Below the pieces are notes generated by a model, which saw nothing but the letters and a program-made list of their open reading frames with translations, was not told the origin of the DNA and did no database searches. A stretch of 64,000 bases of DNA from an uncultured beta proteobacterium (GTDB taxonomy: Bacteria; Pseudomonadota; Gammaproteobacteria; Burkholderiales; Burkholderiaceae_C): NCBI GenBank assembly GCA_903853895.1, contig CAINUX010000022.1, forward strand, positions 10,896 through 74,895. The letters run 5' to 3'. Shown piece after piece: positions 54,455-64,000 of the stretch (positions are counted from its first letter, which is position 1; each line of letters starts with the position of its first letter). Both the position numbers and the translations under genes were made by a program.

Positions 54455-55231
54455 ATGCAAGATACAGAAAACCATAGCCCTTCACCCAACGCCTTCCTGA
54501 TTGCCATGGAGTTTCGTGCGCCATGGGAACTCTGGTCCATCCTGCCTTGCTGGCCAGCGCTCGCGCGGGCACCAGCGGGCGATGGCCACCCGGTCATCGT
54601 AATGCCGGGGCTGTCGGCCAGCGATGGATCGACCCTGCCCCTGCGCGGATACCTGGGCAATCTGGGATATGACGTCTCGGGATGGAATCAGGGGCACAAC
54701 TTTGGACCGCGCGCCGGCATTCTGGACACGGCCAAACGACAGATTTTTGACACCTGTGCCGCCAGCGGTCAACGCGTCAGCTTGATTGGCTGGAGTCTGG
54801 GCGGCATCTATGCACGTGAGCTGGCCAAGGAACTGCCCGACTGCGTGCGCAGCGTCATCACCCTGGGAACGCCTTTTGCAGGCTCCCACAAAAGCACTAA
54901 CGCCTGGCGTCTGTATGAATTGACCAGCGGACACGATATTTCGCAAGTGGCGCAACGATTCGACTTGCCTGCAGCCCCCCCTGTTCCAACCACGTCCATT
55001 TTCTCAAAAACCGATGGTGTGGTCGCGTGGCCAGCCAGCATCCAGACACCGTGCGCGGAGAACCCCCACACCGAAAACGTAGAGGTTTTTGCCAGCCATG
55101 TAGGCTTGGGCATGAACCCCAGCGCGTGGTGGGCGATTGCGGACCGACTGGCCCAGCCCTTGGGCCAGTGGAAACCATTTGAGCGCAACTCGCGTCTGAT
55201 GCGGATGGTCTATCCCGACACCGGGAGCTAG
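54455..55231 (+). CDS. alpha/beta hydrolase
   Basis: VIVMPGLSASD and the nucleophile elbow GWSLGG. 258 aa. The start is uncertain. Confidence 0.72.
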   Translation: MQDTENHSPSPNAFLIAMEFRAPWELWSILPCWPALARAPAGDGHPVIVMPGLSASDGSTLPLRGYLGNLGYDVSGWNQGHNFGPRAGILDTAKRQIFDTCAASGQRVSLIGWSLGGIYARELAKELPDCVRSVITLGTPFAGSHKSTNAWRLYELTSGHDISQVAQRFDLPAAPPVPTTSIFSKTDGVVAWPASIQTPCAENPHTENVEVFASHVGLGMNPSAWWAIADRLAQPLGQWKPFERNSRLMRMVYPDTGS

Positions 55232-55255
55232 ACCGCGAGCGCGCAGGAGACCGTT

Positions 55256-55792
55256 TCAGGCCTTCTGGTTGTTGTAGTTGGCAATCCCGTCCAGAATTTC
55301 CTGGCGAGCAGACTCCGGGCCTTCCCAGCCCAGAATCTTGACCCATTTGCCTTCTTCCAGGTCTTTGTAGTGCTCGAAGAAATGGGCAATCGTCTTCAAA
55401 CGTGCGGGGCTCAAATCCTCAGGCTTTTGCCACCGGGAATACAGTGAAAGCACCTTGTCAACGGGTACTGCCAGCACCTTGCCGTCCATGCCGGCTTCGT
55501 CTTCCATCTTCAGAATACCAATGGCGCGGCAAGTGACCACAACGCCGGGGATCAGGGGCACGGGGGTGATCACGAGGACGTCCACAGGGTCACCATCACC
55601 TGAAATGGTCTTGGGCACGTACCCGTAGTTAGACGGATAGTGCATGGAGGTGCTCATGAAGCGATCCACAAAAATGGCGCCGGTCGCCTTATCCACTTCG
55701 TATTTGATGGGATCTGCGTTCATCGGGATTTCGATGATGACGTTGAATGCATCGGGCGCGTTTTTACCAGGGGTAACGTTATCTAGGGACAT
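55256..55792 (-). CDS. ppa: inorganic pyrophosphatase (soluble, family I)
   Basis: [19 protein letters not shown] and DGDPVDVLV. 178 aa. Confidence 0.95.
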   Translation of the reverse strand: MSLDNVTPGKNAPDAFNVIIEIPMNADPIKYEVDKATGAIFVDRFMSTSMHYPSNYGYVPKTISGDGDPVDVLVITPVPLIPGVVVTCRAIGILKMEDEAGMDGKVLAVPVDKVLSLYSRWQKPEDLSPARLKTIAHFFEHYKDLEEGKWVKILGWEGPESARQEILDGIANYNNQKA

Positions 55793-55949
55793 GAGGGCTC
55801 TCTATGCTAATTAAAAGTGTTGTCGCAGATCAGTATTTACCCGCATTTTACTGACTCAACACTTGCGTGGATCAAAAACCCCGTTTTTTCAAGTTACAGT
55901 CCGCGCGTTGGCCAATCATCTCCGTACCGCTCTGTTGGGCTGGAGCTTA

Positions 55950-55991
55950 GAGGAAGCAACGCAGTGGAGGCATCACTAGCGTTGCCTCTTC
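55950..55991 (+). promoter_or_regulatory. extended hairpin in the hppA 5' leader (SD-mimic / anti-SD arrangement)
   Basis: The 5' arm gaggaagcaacgc+agtg pairs with cact+gcgttgcctcttc, giving about 17 bp with one mismatch, one G-U pair and one bulge. TAGAGGA occurs in the 5' arm (55948-55954) and again at the real RBS (56008-56014). Confidence 0.45.
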
Positions 55992-56021
55992 CTTCGCGAA
56001 ACAACAGTAGAGGAGATTCTT

Positions 56022-58091
56022 ATGACAGGCAACTCAGCGCTGATTCTGGCGCTCGTCTGTGGGTTCATTGCCGTGGCATACGGCTTCTGGGCACGCAGCT
56101 GGATTCTTTCCCAAGACGCAGGCAATGCACGCATGCAGGAAATAGCTGCCGCGATTCAAACCGGTGCTGCGGCCTATCTAAAGCGCCAATACCAGACCAT
56201 AGCCATGGTTGGCGTGGTGCTAGCCATTCTGATCGGTGTGTTTCTCGACCAGTTGAGCGCCATCGGCTTTGTGGTCGGCGCGGTACTATCAGGTGCCTGT
56301 GGCTTCATCGGCATGAACGTATCGGTGCGGGCCAACGTCCGTACTGCGCAGGCTGCCACCCGAGGCATTGGCCCCGCACTGGACGTCGCTTTTCGGGGCG
56401 GCGCCACCACCGGCATGTTGGTCGTGGGTCTGGGATTGCTGGGTGTCACCGGGTTCTTCTGGTTCCTGGTCGGCAACGGCAATATGACACCGGACAAGAA
56501 TCTTGCCCAGATGCTCAACCCGCTGATTGGTTTTGCCTTCGGCTCCTCGCTGATCTCCATTTTTGCCCGTCTGGGCGGTGGCATTTTCACCAAGGGTGCG
56601 GACGTGGGTGCGGACCTGGTAGGCAAGGTCGAAGCCGGTATTCCTGAAGACGACCCCCGCAACCCGGCCGTGATCGCCGACAACGTGGGCGATAACGTGG
56701 GTGACTGCGCTGGCATGGCGGCCGACTTGTTCGAAACCTACGCCGTGACACTGATCGCCACCATGGTGCTAGGCGCATTACTGGTCACCAGTGGCGGCAT
56801 GAGCACGGTGGTGTATCCATTGGCTCTGGGTGCAGTGTCCATCGTTGCGTCCATCATTGGATGCTTCTTCGTCAAGGCCTCGCCCGGTATGAAGAACGTG
56901 ATGCCTGCCCTGTACAAGGGTCTGGCGGTTGCGGGTGTTTTGTCACTGATCGCGTTCTACTTCGTGACCCAATCCATGATTGCTGACAACGCTTTGGGCG
57001 GAACCGGCGCACAAATGAAACTGTTTGGTGCCTGTGCAGTTGGCCTCATCCTGACTGCTGCTCTCGTCTGGATCACTGAGTTCTACACCGGCACGCAATA
57101 CAGCCCGGTGCAGCACATCGCGCAAGCGTCCACTACTGGCCACGGAACCAACATCATTGCCGGCTTGGGCGTGTCCATGCGTTCCACCGCTTGGCCCGTT
57201 ATTTTTGTCTGCATGGCCATCTACTCCGCTTTTGCGTTGGCGGGTCTGTACGGCATTGCCATTGCAGCCACCTCCATGTTGAGCATGGCCGGCATCGTGG
57301 TCGCTCTGGACGCCTATGGCCCCATTACCGACAACGCCGGCGGTATTGCCGAAATGTCGGAAATGCCCAAGAGCGTGCGTGACATCACTGACCCACTGGA
57401 CGCCGTGGGCAATACCACCAAGGCCGTGACCAAAGGCTATGCCATCGGCTCTGCCGGTCTGGCCGCGCTGGTGCTATTTGCAGACTACACCCACAAGTTG
57501 GAAGCCTACGGACGCCACATCACGTTTGACCTGAGTAACCCCATGGTCATCATCGGTTTGTTCATTGGCGGTCTGATCCCCTACCTGTTTGGCGCCATGG
57601 CGATGGAGGCCGTGGGCCGCGCCGCTGGTTCCGTAGTGGTTGAAGTACGCCGCCAGTTTCGCGACATCAAGGGCATCATGGACGGCACGGGCAAGCCTGA
57701 GTACGACACTGCAGTCGACATGCTGACTACCGCCGCCATCAAGGAAATGATGATCCCGAGTCTGTTGCCCGTAGTGGCACCGATTCTGGTGGGCCTGGTT
57801 CTCGGACCCGCCGCTTTGGGCGGGCTACTGATGGGCACCATCGTGACCGGTCTGTTTGTGGCCATCTCCATGTGCACCGGTGGTGGCGCCTGGGACAATG
57901 CCAAGAAGTACATTGAAGACGGCCACCACGGCGGCAAGGGTTCAGAGACCCACAAGGCAGCTGTGACCGGTGACACCGTGGGTGACCCATATAAGGACAC
58001 CGCCGGCCCCGCCATCAATCCACTGATCAAGATCATCAACATCGTGGCTCTGCTGATCGTTCCATTGATGATGAAGATTCACGGCGGCTAA
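56022..58091 (+). CDS. hppA: membrane-bound H+/Na+-translocating pyrophosphatase
   Basis: GAGGAG RBS. The signatures [20 protein letters not shown] and [19 protein letters not shown] are present. About 16 TM helices and 689 aa. Confidence 0.95.
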   Translation: MTGNSALILALVCGFIAVAYGFWARSWILSQDAGNARMQEIAAAIQTGAAAYLKRQYQTIAMVGVVLAILIGVFLDQLSAIGFVVGAVLSGACGFIGMNVSVRANVRTAQAATRGIGPALDVAFRGGATTGMLVVGLGLLGVTGFFWFLVGNGNMTPDKNLAQMLNPLIGFAFGSSLISIFARLGGGIFTKGADVGADLVGKVEAGIPEDDPRNPAVIADNVGDNVGDCAGMAADLFETYAVTLIATMVLGALLVTSGGMSTVVYPLALGAVSIVASIIGCFFVKASPGMKNVMPALYKGLAVAGVLSLIAFYFVTQSMIADNALGGTGAQMKLFGACAVGLILTAALVWITEFYTGTQYSPVQHIAQASTTGHGTNIIAGLGVSMRSTAWPVIFVCMAIYSAFALAGLYGIAIAATSMLSMAGIVVALDAYGPITDNAGGIAEMSEMPKSVRDITDPLDAVGNTTKAVTKGYAIGSAGLAALVLFADYTHKLEAYGRHITFDLSNPMVIIGLFIGGLIPYLFGAMAMEAVGRAAGSVVVEVRRQFRDIKGIMDGTGKPEYDTAVDMLTTAAIKEMMIPSLLPVVAPILVGLVLGPAALGGLLMGTIVTGLFVAISMCTGGGAWDNAKKYIEDGHHGGKGSETHKAAVTGDTVGDPYKDTAGPAINPLIKIINIVALLIVPLMMKIHGG

Positions 58092-58111
58092 GAACCACCG
58101 ACCTATACCCG

Positions 58112-58136
58112 GGCCCGCAGTATGCGGGCCTTTTTT
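58112..58136 (+). terminator. Rho-independent terminator after hppA
   Basis: GGCCCGCA-gta-TGCGGGCC stem-loop followed by TTTTTT, 21 nt after the stop. Confidence 0.8.
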
Positions 58137-58152
58137 ATGGACAATAGCCACC

Positions 58153-59313
58153 ATGACGGAACGTTTCAGCCCCAAAGTTATTCCCCTGGTCGATCTGCGC
58201 GCCGGCACACACCCTTTGCCACCGGCGTCTGTGTTGCCAGCGAGTCGAATGGCCGCCAGTGGCAGCGTGAGCGACACCTTGGGACGCCATCTGCGCGATC
58301 TGCGCATCAGCGTCACCGATCGGTGCAATTTCCGCTGCGGCTACTGCATGCCCAAGGAAATTTTTGACAAGGAATATGCGTACCTGCCCCACTCCGCTCT
58401 GTTGTCGTTTGAAGAGATTGTCCGGATCGCACAGCAGTTTGTGAACCATGGGGTGCAAAAGATCCGGCTCACCGGCGGAGAGCCACTGTTGCGCAAGAAC
58501 ATTGAAGTCTTGATTGAAAAGCTGACCGCCCTTCGCACCACGGATGGCAGAGCGCTGGATCTGACGCTGACGACCAACGGCGCCCTGTTGGCCCGCAAGG
58601 CCCGCGCACTGAAGGCCGCGGGCCTGCACCGCGTAACCGTCAGTCTGGACGGACTGGACGATACAGTTTTTCGCGCCATGAACGATGTCGACTTCCCGGT
58701 AGCCGACGTGCTCGACGGCATTCGTGCCGCACAAGAAGCCGGGTTGGGACCGATCAAGGTCAACATGGTTGTCAAGCGTGGCACCAATGACCAGGAAATC
58801 ATCCCGATGGCCCGCCATTTCAAAGGCAGCGGCATTGTGCTGCGGTTCATTGAGTACATGGATGTGGGCGCTACCAATGGCTGGCGCATGGACGACGTCA
58901 TGCCATCCGCCGATGTCGTTCATCGCCTGCAAACAGAACTACCGCTCGTGGCCCTGGAGCCCTCCAGCCCGGGAGAGACGGCCCAGCGTTGGGGTTACGC
59001 CAACGCATTGGGTGCCCATGACCAACTGGCCGGAGAGATTGGTGTGATCAGCAGCGTGACCCAGGCATTTTGCGGTGACTGCAACCGGGCCCGCATTTCC
59101 ACCGAAGGTCAGCTGTACCTTTGCCTCTTCGCAAGCCAGGGTTACGACCTGCGAAGCCTGGTCAGGGGCAAAGCCACGGACGAGGATCTGGCGTCCGCCA
59201 TCGGACATATCTGGAGTGCCCGTACAGACCGTTACTCGGCCCTGCGCAGCACCTTGGCCGCAGACACGGGCGGCGGGGCACGGCGGGTGGAAATGAGTTA
59301 CATCGGCGGTTAA
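58153..59313 (+). CDS. moaA: GTP 3',8-cyclase (molybdenum cofactor biosynthesis protein A)
   Basis: Radical-SAM motif [10 protein letters not shown] and a C-terminal second cluster ([10 protein letters not shown]). 386 aa with an N-terminal extension. Confidence 0.93.
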   Translation: MTERFSPKVIPLVDLRAGTHPLPPASVLPASRMAASGSVSDTLGRHLRDLRISVTDRCNFRCGYCMPKEIFDKEYAYLPHSALLSFEEIVRIAQQFVNHGVQKIRLTGGEPLLRKNIEVLIEKLTALRTTDGRALDLTLTTNGALLARKARALKAAGLHRVTVSLDGLDDTVFRAMNDVDFPVADVLDGIRAAQEAGLGPIKVNMVVKRGTNDQEIIPMARHFKGSGIVLRFIEYMDVGATNGWRMDDVMPSADVVHRLQTELPLVALEPSSPGETAQRWGYANALGAHDQLAGEIGVISSVTQAFCGDCNRARISTEGQLYLCLFASQGYDLRSLVRGKATDEDLASAIGHIWSARTDRYSALRSTLAADTGGGARRVEMSYIGG

Positions 59314-59489
59314 CAAAAGGCCGTTCTGTGTTCACGGCGCGCGTTGCAGCCAATAGTCTGCGCTGCTTCCAAAGCAACTTTTGACGTGCGTCAATGCGGC
59401 CTACCTGCTACTCCGCAGAATCCAGGGAGACAGCAGGTTCACGCGCCATTGCAATTCGTTGTTTGTGATCCAACACAAAAAGTATCGCT

Positions 59490-61256
59490 ATGCAAAACCC
59501 AACCGATCAAAGTCCCGTCAACGCGTCTCAGGTCAGCGAGTCGCCCACCGAGCGCTTGGACCGATTGCTGCACACCGCCGCAGCCCCTCTAACAGGGGGC
59601 CTTTCACCTGTGTCCATAGCATTGGCGGCGGCCGACTGGGCATGGCACTTGACAACATCCCCGGGCCGTCAATTGGAACTCGCGGCACTGGCGACCCGCC
59701 TGACCGCAGATACGTTTCAAGGACGTGACGAAGTCCACACTGGCAGTGGCTCCTCCGATGACGACCCGCGCTTTCGCCATGAAGCATGGGCCAGCTGGCC
59801 CTTTAGCCAGATGCGTGTCGGCTTTCGCAATGCTGAAACTTTCTGGAAACAAGCGTCGTCTGTTCCAGGTATGACAGCGCATCACGCCGCGCAGACGGAG
59901 TTCTTTACCCGGCAATGGCTGGGCGCATGGACGCCAGCCAACTGGCTGCTCACGAACCCTGTGGTCCTGCAAGACGCCATTCAATCGCAGGGAGCGCATT
60001 TGCACAAAGGCGTGCAGCATTGGATGGCTGACGCGTTGCACCTGCCAGAACCAAAGACTGCAACCAGGACCAAGCGATTTATTCCGGGTCGTGATGTTGC
60101 CGTCACACCTGGAGACGTGGTGTACCGAAACCAGCTGGTAGAGTTGATACGCTATACCCCCCAAACCCGCAAGGTTCATCCAGAACCCATCTTCATCGTT
60201 CCGTCGTGGATCATGAAGTTCTACATCCTAGATCTGTCGCCCCACAATTCCATGGTGCGCTATCTGGTGGAACAGGGGCACACTGTCTTCATGCTGTCTT
60301 GGCACAATCCCGACGCCAAGGACTCCCAACTGACGATGGACGACTACCTGCAATTGGGTGTGCTGGACGCTTTGAAAGCAATTGGTGCCTTGAACGGTAA
60401 AACCGCACCGGTGCATGCCATGGGCTATTGCCTGGGAGGAACTCTACTGTCCATCGCCGCAGCAAACCTGGCGCGCGATGGTGGAAGTGCCACCGGCAGC
60501 CGGCTCCCACCTCTCAAAACGCTCACGCTCCTGGCGGCCCAAACGGACTTCTCTGAGCCCGGCGAATTGGGACTTTTCATTGACGAAAGCCAAATTGGCC
60601 TGCTCGACAACATAACGCGCGGACAGGGTTTCCTGAGCGGCAAACAGATGGCAGGGTCGTTCCAGTTCCTGCATTCACGTGACTTGGTCTGGACGCGGCA
60701 AATGCGCGAATACCTGATGGGAGAACGGGAGCAGCCCAGCGATTTGATGGCGTGGAATGCGGATGCCACCCGTATGCCAGCGCGCATGCACCACGAATAC
60801 CTGACCTCACTCTACCTCCACAACGCTCTGGCGACTAGCAGCTACCGTGTCGACGGCCACACGGTATCGCTAAGCGACATCCGTCAGCCGGTGTTTCTGG
60901 TGGGGACGCAGCGGGATCACATCTCCCCTTGGCGTTCGGTGTACAAATTGCACCATTTGTGCAATTCCGAGATCACCTTTGTACTCACCAGTGGCGGCCA
61001 CAACGCGGGCATCATCTCGGAACCCGGCCATCCCAATCGAAGCTACCAAATCGGCGCACGGCTGGCCCATAGCCCGTGGATTGAGCCGGACAAGTGGATC
61101 GCTAACACACCGCAAAGCGAAGGCTCGTGGTGGCCAGCGTGGCACCAGTGGCTGGCGGCCCGGTCGTCGCCGCAACGCAGCGCCCGTAAACTTTCCAGTG
61201 AAGACTCCCTGGGGAGCGCGCCAGGTGCCTATGTCATGGAACGTTACAACGACTGA
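59490..61256 (+). CDS. phaC: class I poly(R)-hydroxyalkanoate synthase
   Basis: PhaC N-terminal domain (DWAWHLTTSPG), lipase box GYCLGG, and alpha/beta fold. 588 aa. Confidence 0.9.
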   Translation: MQNPTDQSPVNASQVSESPTERLDRLLHTAAAPLTGGLSPVSIALAAADWAWHLTTSPGRQLELAALATRLTADTFQGRDEVHTGSGSSDDDPRFRHEAWASWPFSQMRVGFRNAETFWKQASSVPGMTAHHAAQTEFFTRQWLGAWTPANWLLTNPVVLQDAIQSQGAHLHKGVQHWMADALHLPEPKTATRTKRFIPGRDVAVTPGDVVYRNQLVELIRYTPQTRKVHPEPIFIVPSWIMKFYILDLSPHNSMVRYLVEQGHTVFMLSWHNPDAKDSQLTMDDYLQLGVLDALKAIGALNGKTAPVHAMGYCLGGTLLSIAAANLARDGGSATGSRLPPLKTLTLLAAQTDFSEPGELGLFIDESQIGLLDNITRGQGFLSGKQMAGSFQFLHSRDLVWTRQMREYLMGEREQPSDLMAWNADATRMPARMHHEYLTSLYLHNALATSSYRVDGHTVSLSDIRQPVFLVGTQRDHISPWRSVYKLHHLCNSEITFVLTSGGHNAGIISEPGHPNRSYQIGARLAHSPWIEPDKWIANTPQSEGSWWPAWHQWLAARSSPQRSARKLSSEDSLGSAPGAYVMERYND

Positions 61257-61266
61257 ACCTGATAGC

Positions 61267-64000
61267 TCAACTGACCAAGGTCTCGGGCGTGGTCAACGGA
61301 CCCGGCCCGCTGAACCGGTCCAACGCCAGATAGATAACAGGCGTGATGTAGAGTGTGACGGCCTGCGAAAACACCAGACCGCCCACCACGGCCAATCCCA
61401 AGGGCTGACGCAGTTCAGCACCGGCGCCCAATCCAATGGCAATCGGCAAGGCTCCCATCAACGCGGCCAGGGTAGTCATCATGATGGGACGAAACCGCAA
61501 AACACAGGCCTCGCGAATCGCCTGCTCGGGTGTCATTCCATGATGCCGTTGGGCATCCAGCGCGAAGTCAATCATCATGATGGCATTCTTCTTGACAATG
61601 CCTATCAACAACAGGATGCCAATCATGGCGATCACTGTGAGGTCCTGACCAAACAGCATCAACGTTGCCAGTGCACCGACTGCCGCTGAAGGCAACCCGG
61701 CAAGAATGGTCAGCGGATGGATGTAGCTCTCATACAAGACGCCCAGCAGTACATAGATCACAAGAAGAGCCGACAGGATGAGAATGGTTTGATTGCCCTG
61801 GGAGTTCTTGAACACTGCCGCCTCCCCACCATAACTGGTGATGACGGAACTCGGCAAGTTGATTTCATCCCTGGACTTTTCAATTCGCGACGTTGCATCA
61901 CCCAAGGCGGTGCCAGGCGCCAAGTTGAAGGAAACCGTCACGGCCTGCAACTGCCCCACGTGGTTGATCGACGTGGGGCCCACAGCACGATTTACCTTCG
62001 TGAACGAAGCCAGCGGTACCAAAGCCCCAGTCGATGCACGCACGTAGATGTTATTGATCGCGCTTTCGTCGAGCTTCGACGCCGGCGCCAGTTCCAGAAT
62101 GACCTGGTAACTGTCAGTCGGCAAATAGATAGTCGACACCTGCCGCTCGCCAAAAGCACCAAAGAGCGCTGTACGAATGGCTTCAATGGAAATCCCCAGT
62201 GAGTTGGCACGATCGCGGTCGATCGTCAACTGTGCTTGCAGGCCTCGCAATTGGGCATCACTAGTGACATCCCGAAACAGCGGATCCGCCCGCAATTTTT
62301 CCTGCAATTTGACAGCCCATTCGTTCAGCTCATCCGCCCGGACACTCTGCAATATGTACTGGTACTGTGCCTTGCTGGATCTACCACCCAGCTGCAGGTT
62401 CTGAATGGGCCGCATGAAAACACTGATACCGGTGACATCGCGCAGCTTGCGGCGCAGTCCCTCAACCACTTGCTTCATGGGCTCGCGCTGGCCTCTGGGC
62501 TTGAGCGTAATGAACATGCGGCCCGAATTCTGGGCTCCGCTCCCGCCATTGAACGAACTGACCGCAAAAACATTTGCATCGGCGCGAATGGTCGCTGCCG
62601 CTCGCTCCTGCAACCGAACCATCTCGGCGAAGGACGTATCCTCTGCCGCCTCGGTTGTCACCGTGATTTGGCCAATGTCCTCTTCAGGGAAAAACCCTTT
62701 TGGAATCACATTGAACAACCATGCGGTGCCCAGAAACGTTATCAATGCGACACCCAACACAATCTTGCGGTGGGCCAATGCCACGTCCAGCGATCGACTG
62801 TAAAACCCCAGCGTGACGTTGAAGCCCTTTTCGAAAAAATTGATCAGAAAGCCATGTTTCTTACCCTTTGGCTCAGCACTCAGAAAACGGCTGGCCAACA
62901 TCGGAACAAGGGTCAAAGACACAAAGGCAGAAACGAGTATCGACAAACCAACAACAACAGCAAATTCGTGAAACAGCAACCCTATGACACCTGGCATGAA
63001 GAAGATTGGGATGAAAACCGCAATCAAAGACGTGGAAATGGAAATAATGGTGAACCCCACTTCGCGAGACCCCCGCAACGCAGCATTGAACGGTTCTTCT
63101 CCGTTCTCGACATGGCGCATGATGTTTTCCAGCATCACAATCGCGTCATCCACAACCAAGCCCACGGCCAATGTCAGCCCCAACAGCGATACGTTATCCA
63201 GGCTGTAATTCATACCCCATAGCAGCGCAACTGCCCCGATCAAGGAAACCGGAAGCGATAGTGTGGGGATGGCTGTTGCGACGAAACGGCGCAGAAACAG
63301 AAAAATCACCATGACTACCAGCGCTATGGTTCCCATCAACGTCAGCGATACATCGTGCAATGCTTCACGTACTGAAACCGAACGATCATTAACCGGCGTC
63401 ATGTTGACCGACTGTGGCATCTGCTCCTTGAGTTTGGGCATGGCCAACTTGACAGCGTCCACCACCCGCACCGTATTGGCACCGGGCTGGCGCAGAATTG
63501 CCAATGTAATGGACGGCTCACCGTTCAGATTCGCGTAGGACTTCACAGTCTCGACGCTGTCCTCTACGTTCGCGACGTCTCGTAGACGCACCGTGATCCC
63601 ATTGCGAGTAGCCACAATCAAATCGGAAAACTCAGCGGCGTTGCGCAACTGTTTGTTGGCCTGCAGGGTCAACAACTGCTTCGCTCCTTCAAGCGTACCC
63701 ACCGGTGTGTTGACATTGGCCGAGCGCAAGGCAGCAGACAGCTCGTCGAGACTGATGTTGCGTGCAGCCAGTGCTTCAGGCGCAACGCGCACGCGCACTG
63801 CAAAGCGCTTGGAACCAAAGATATTGACTTGGGCAACCCCATCAATCGTCGACAAGGTGGGCGATATCAAGTGTTCCGCATAGTCCTGCAGGTCCGAAAG
63901 TGGCATCGACGGAGAGGTCAAAGCCACCAGCAAAATCGGTGCATCCGCGGGATTGACTTTGCGATATGCCGGAAGCTGCGTCATCTCCTGCGGCAACGAA
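61267..64000 (-). CDS. RND efflux transporter permease (AcrB/MdtB/MdtC-like), 5' end beyond window
   Basis: The frame is open to the window edge. YRKVNPADAPILLVALTS lies about 110-130 residues into RND pumps, so the N-terminus is missing. Porter and TM domains are typical and the C-terminus is complete. Confidence 0.9.
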   Translation of the reverse strand, partial: SLPQEMTQLPAYRKVNPADAPILLVALTSPSMPLSDLQDYAEHLISPTLSTIDGVAQVNIFGSKRFAVRVRVAPEALAARNISLDELSAALRSANVNTPVGTLEGAKQLLTLQANKQLRNAAEFSDLIVATRNGITVRLRDVANVEDSVETVKSYANLNGEPSITLAILRQPGANTVRVVDAVKLAMPKLKEQMPQSVNMTPVNDRSVSVREALHDVSLTLMGTIALVVMVIFLFLRRFVATAIPTLSLPVSLIGAVALLWGMNYSLDNVSLLGLTLAVGLVVDDAIVMLENIMRHVENGEEPFNAALRGSREVGFTIISISTSLIAVFIPIFFMPGVIGLLFHEFAVVVGLSILVSAFVSLTLVPMLASRFLSAEPKGKKHGFLINFFEKGFNVTLGFYSRSLDVALAHRKIVLGVALITFLGTAWLFNVIPKGFFPEEDIGQITVTTEAAEDTSFAEMVRLQERAAATIRADANVFAVSSFNGGSGAQNSGRMFITLKPRGQREPMKQVVEGLRRKLRDVTGISVFMRPIQNLQLGGRSSKAQYQYILQSVRADELNEWAVKLQEKLRADPLFRDVTSDAQLRGLQAQLTIDRDRANSLGISIEAIRTALFGAFGERQVSTIYLPTDSYQVILELAPASKLDESAINNIYVRASTGALVPLASFTKVNRAVGPTSINHVGQLQAVTVSFNLAPGTALGDATSRIEKSRDEINLPSSVITSYGGEAAVFKNSQGNQTILILSALLVIYVLLGVLYESYIHPLTILAGLPSAAVGALATLMLFGQDLTVIAMIGILLLIGIVKKNAIMMIDFALDAQRHHGMTPEQAIREACVLRFRPIMMTTLAALMGALPIAIGLGAGAELRQPLGLAVVGGLVFSQAVTLYITPVIYLALDRFSGPGPLTTPETLVS

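Noticed and set aside
55788-55860. CATGAGGGCT at the ppa start and TGCTAATTAAAAG just beyond it, resembling blocks of the 50-nt repeat family
   Set aside because: The two blocks are in the wrong order and spacing relative to the family consensus, and the rest does not align. This is probably chance or at most a scrambled relic, so it was not counted as a copy.
58092-58152. Possible Moco riboswitch upstream of moaA
   Set aside because: Only 61 nt separate the hppA stop from the moaA start. Most of that is the hppA terminator hairpin, far too short for the roughly 130-nt Moco motif. No conserved motif elements were seen.
59462-59479. Inverted repeat TTTGTG-N6-CACAAA upstream of phaC as a PhaR-type operator
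   Set aside because: The arms are short and AT-rich, there is no phaR or phasin gene in the window, and I cannot recall a matching PhaR consensus. It is left as unsupported.

Overview
High-GC (about 60-65% by eye) proteobacterial chromosome segment; the gene content and an AT-rich intergenic repeat suggest a betaproteobacterium of the Comamonadaceae type, which is a guess from memory and not a search result. I call about 55 protein genes. I see no rRNA, tRNA, CRISPR array, transposase or integrase. The window has three sectors. (1) 1-9.7 kb holds a 5'-truncated hybrid kinase, fadH plus an NTF2-like gene divergent from padR, then fhs, a LysR regulator and two secreted proteins. (2) 9.8-29.2 kb is an unusually dense signalling island. 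It starts with a CheB/CheR-PAS fusion translationally coupled to a PAS-GGDEF-EAL protein, followed by a decayed hipA remnant and a PAS-HisKA_3 kinase with its NarL-type regulator. Two inverted paralogous hybrid kinases then bracket a tightly overlapping REC-MCP-REC-REC/EAL block, and the CHASE kinase with Hpt continues that operon. The island ends with a multi-TM PAS kinase. (3) 29.3-64 kb is lipid and envelope metabolism. It begins with an acyl-CoA dehydrogenase, a ParE/RHH toxin-antitoxin pair flanked by a perfect 38-bp direct repeat, fadA, fadB and an outer-membrane channel. Next is a TetR-flanked ten-gene operon of mostly membrane-anchored hydrolases (sulfatase, beta-propeller, MBL, SDR, haloalkane dehalogenase, DUF1214, DUF1254, lipase-like, DsbA-like). 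A second TetR-controlled operon follows (PF10118 hydrolase, DJ-1/PfpI, a sulfatase with non-canonical CTVSR motif, FGE). The sector ends with WS/DGAT, an orphan cheW, ppa divergent from hppA, moaA, phaC and a truncated RND pump. The most interesting observations are the following: the CheBR-PAS coiled-coil system with two partner sensors; the CheA-less MCP phosphorelay operon carrying an MCP-derived fragment fused to a receiver; the TA insertion with a duplicated operator; a dispersed 50-nt intergenic repeat family that supplies stop and start codons; and the sulfatase/dehalogenase envelope operon of unknown substrate. All calls come from reading the translated ORFs and the DNA, and no database search was run.
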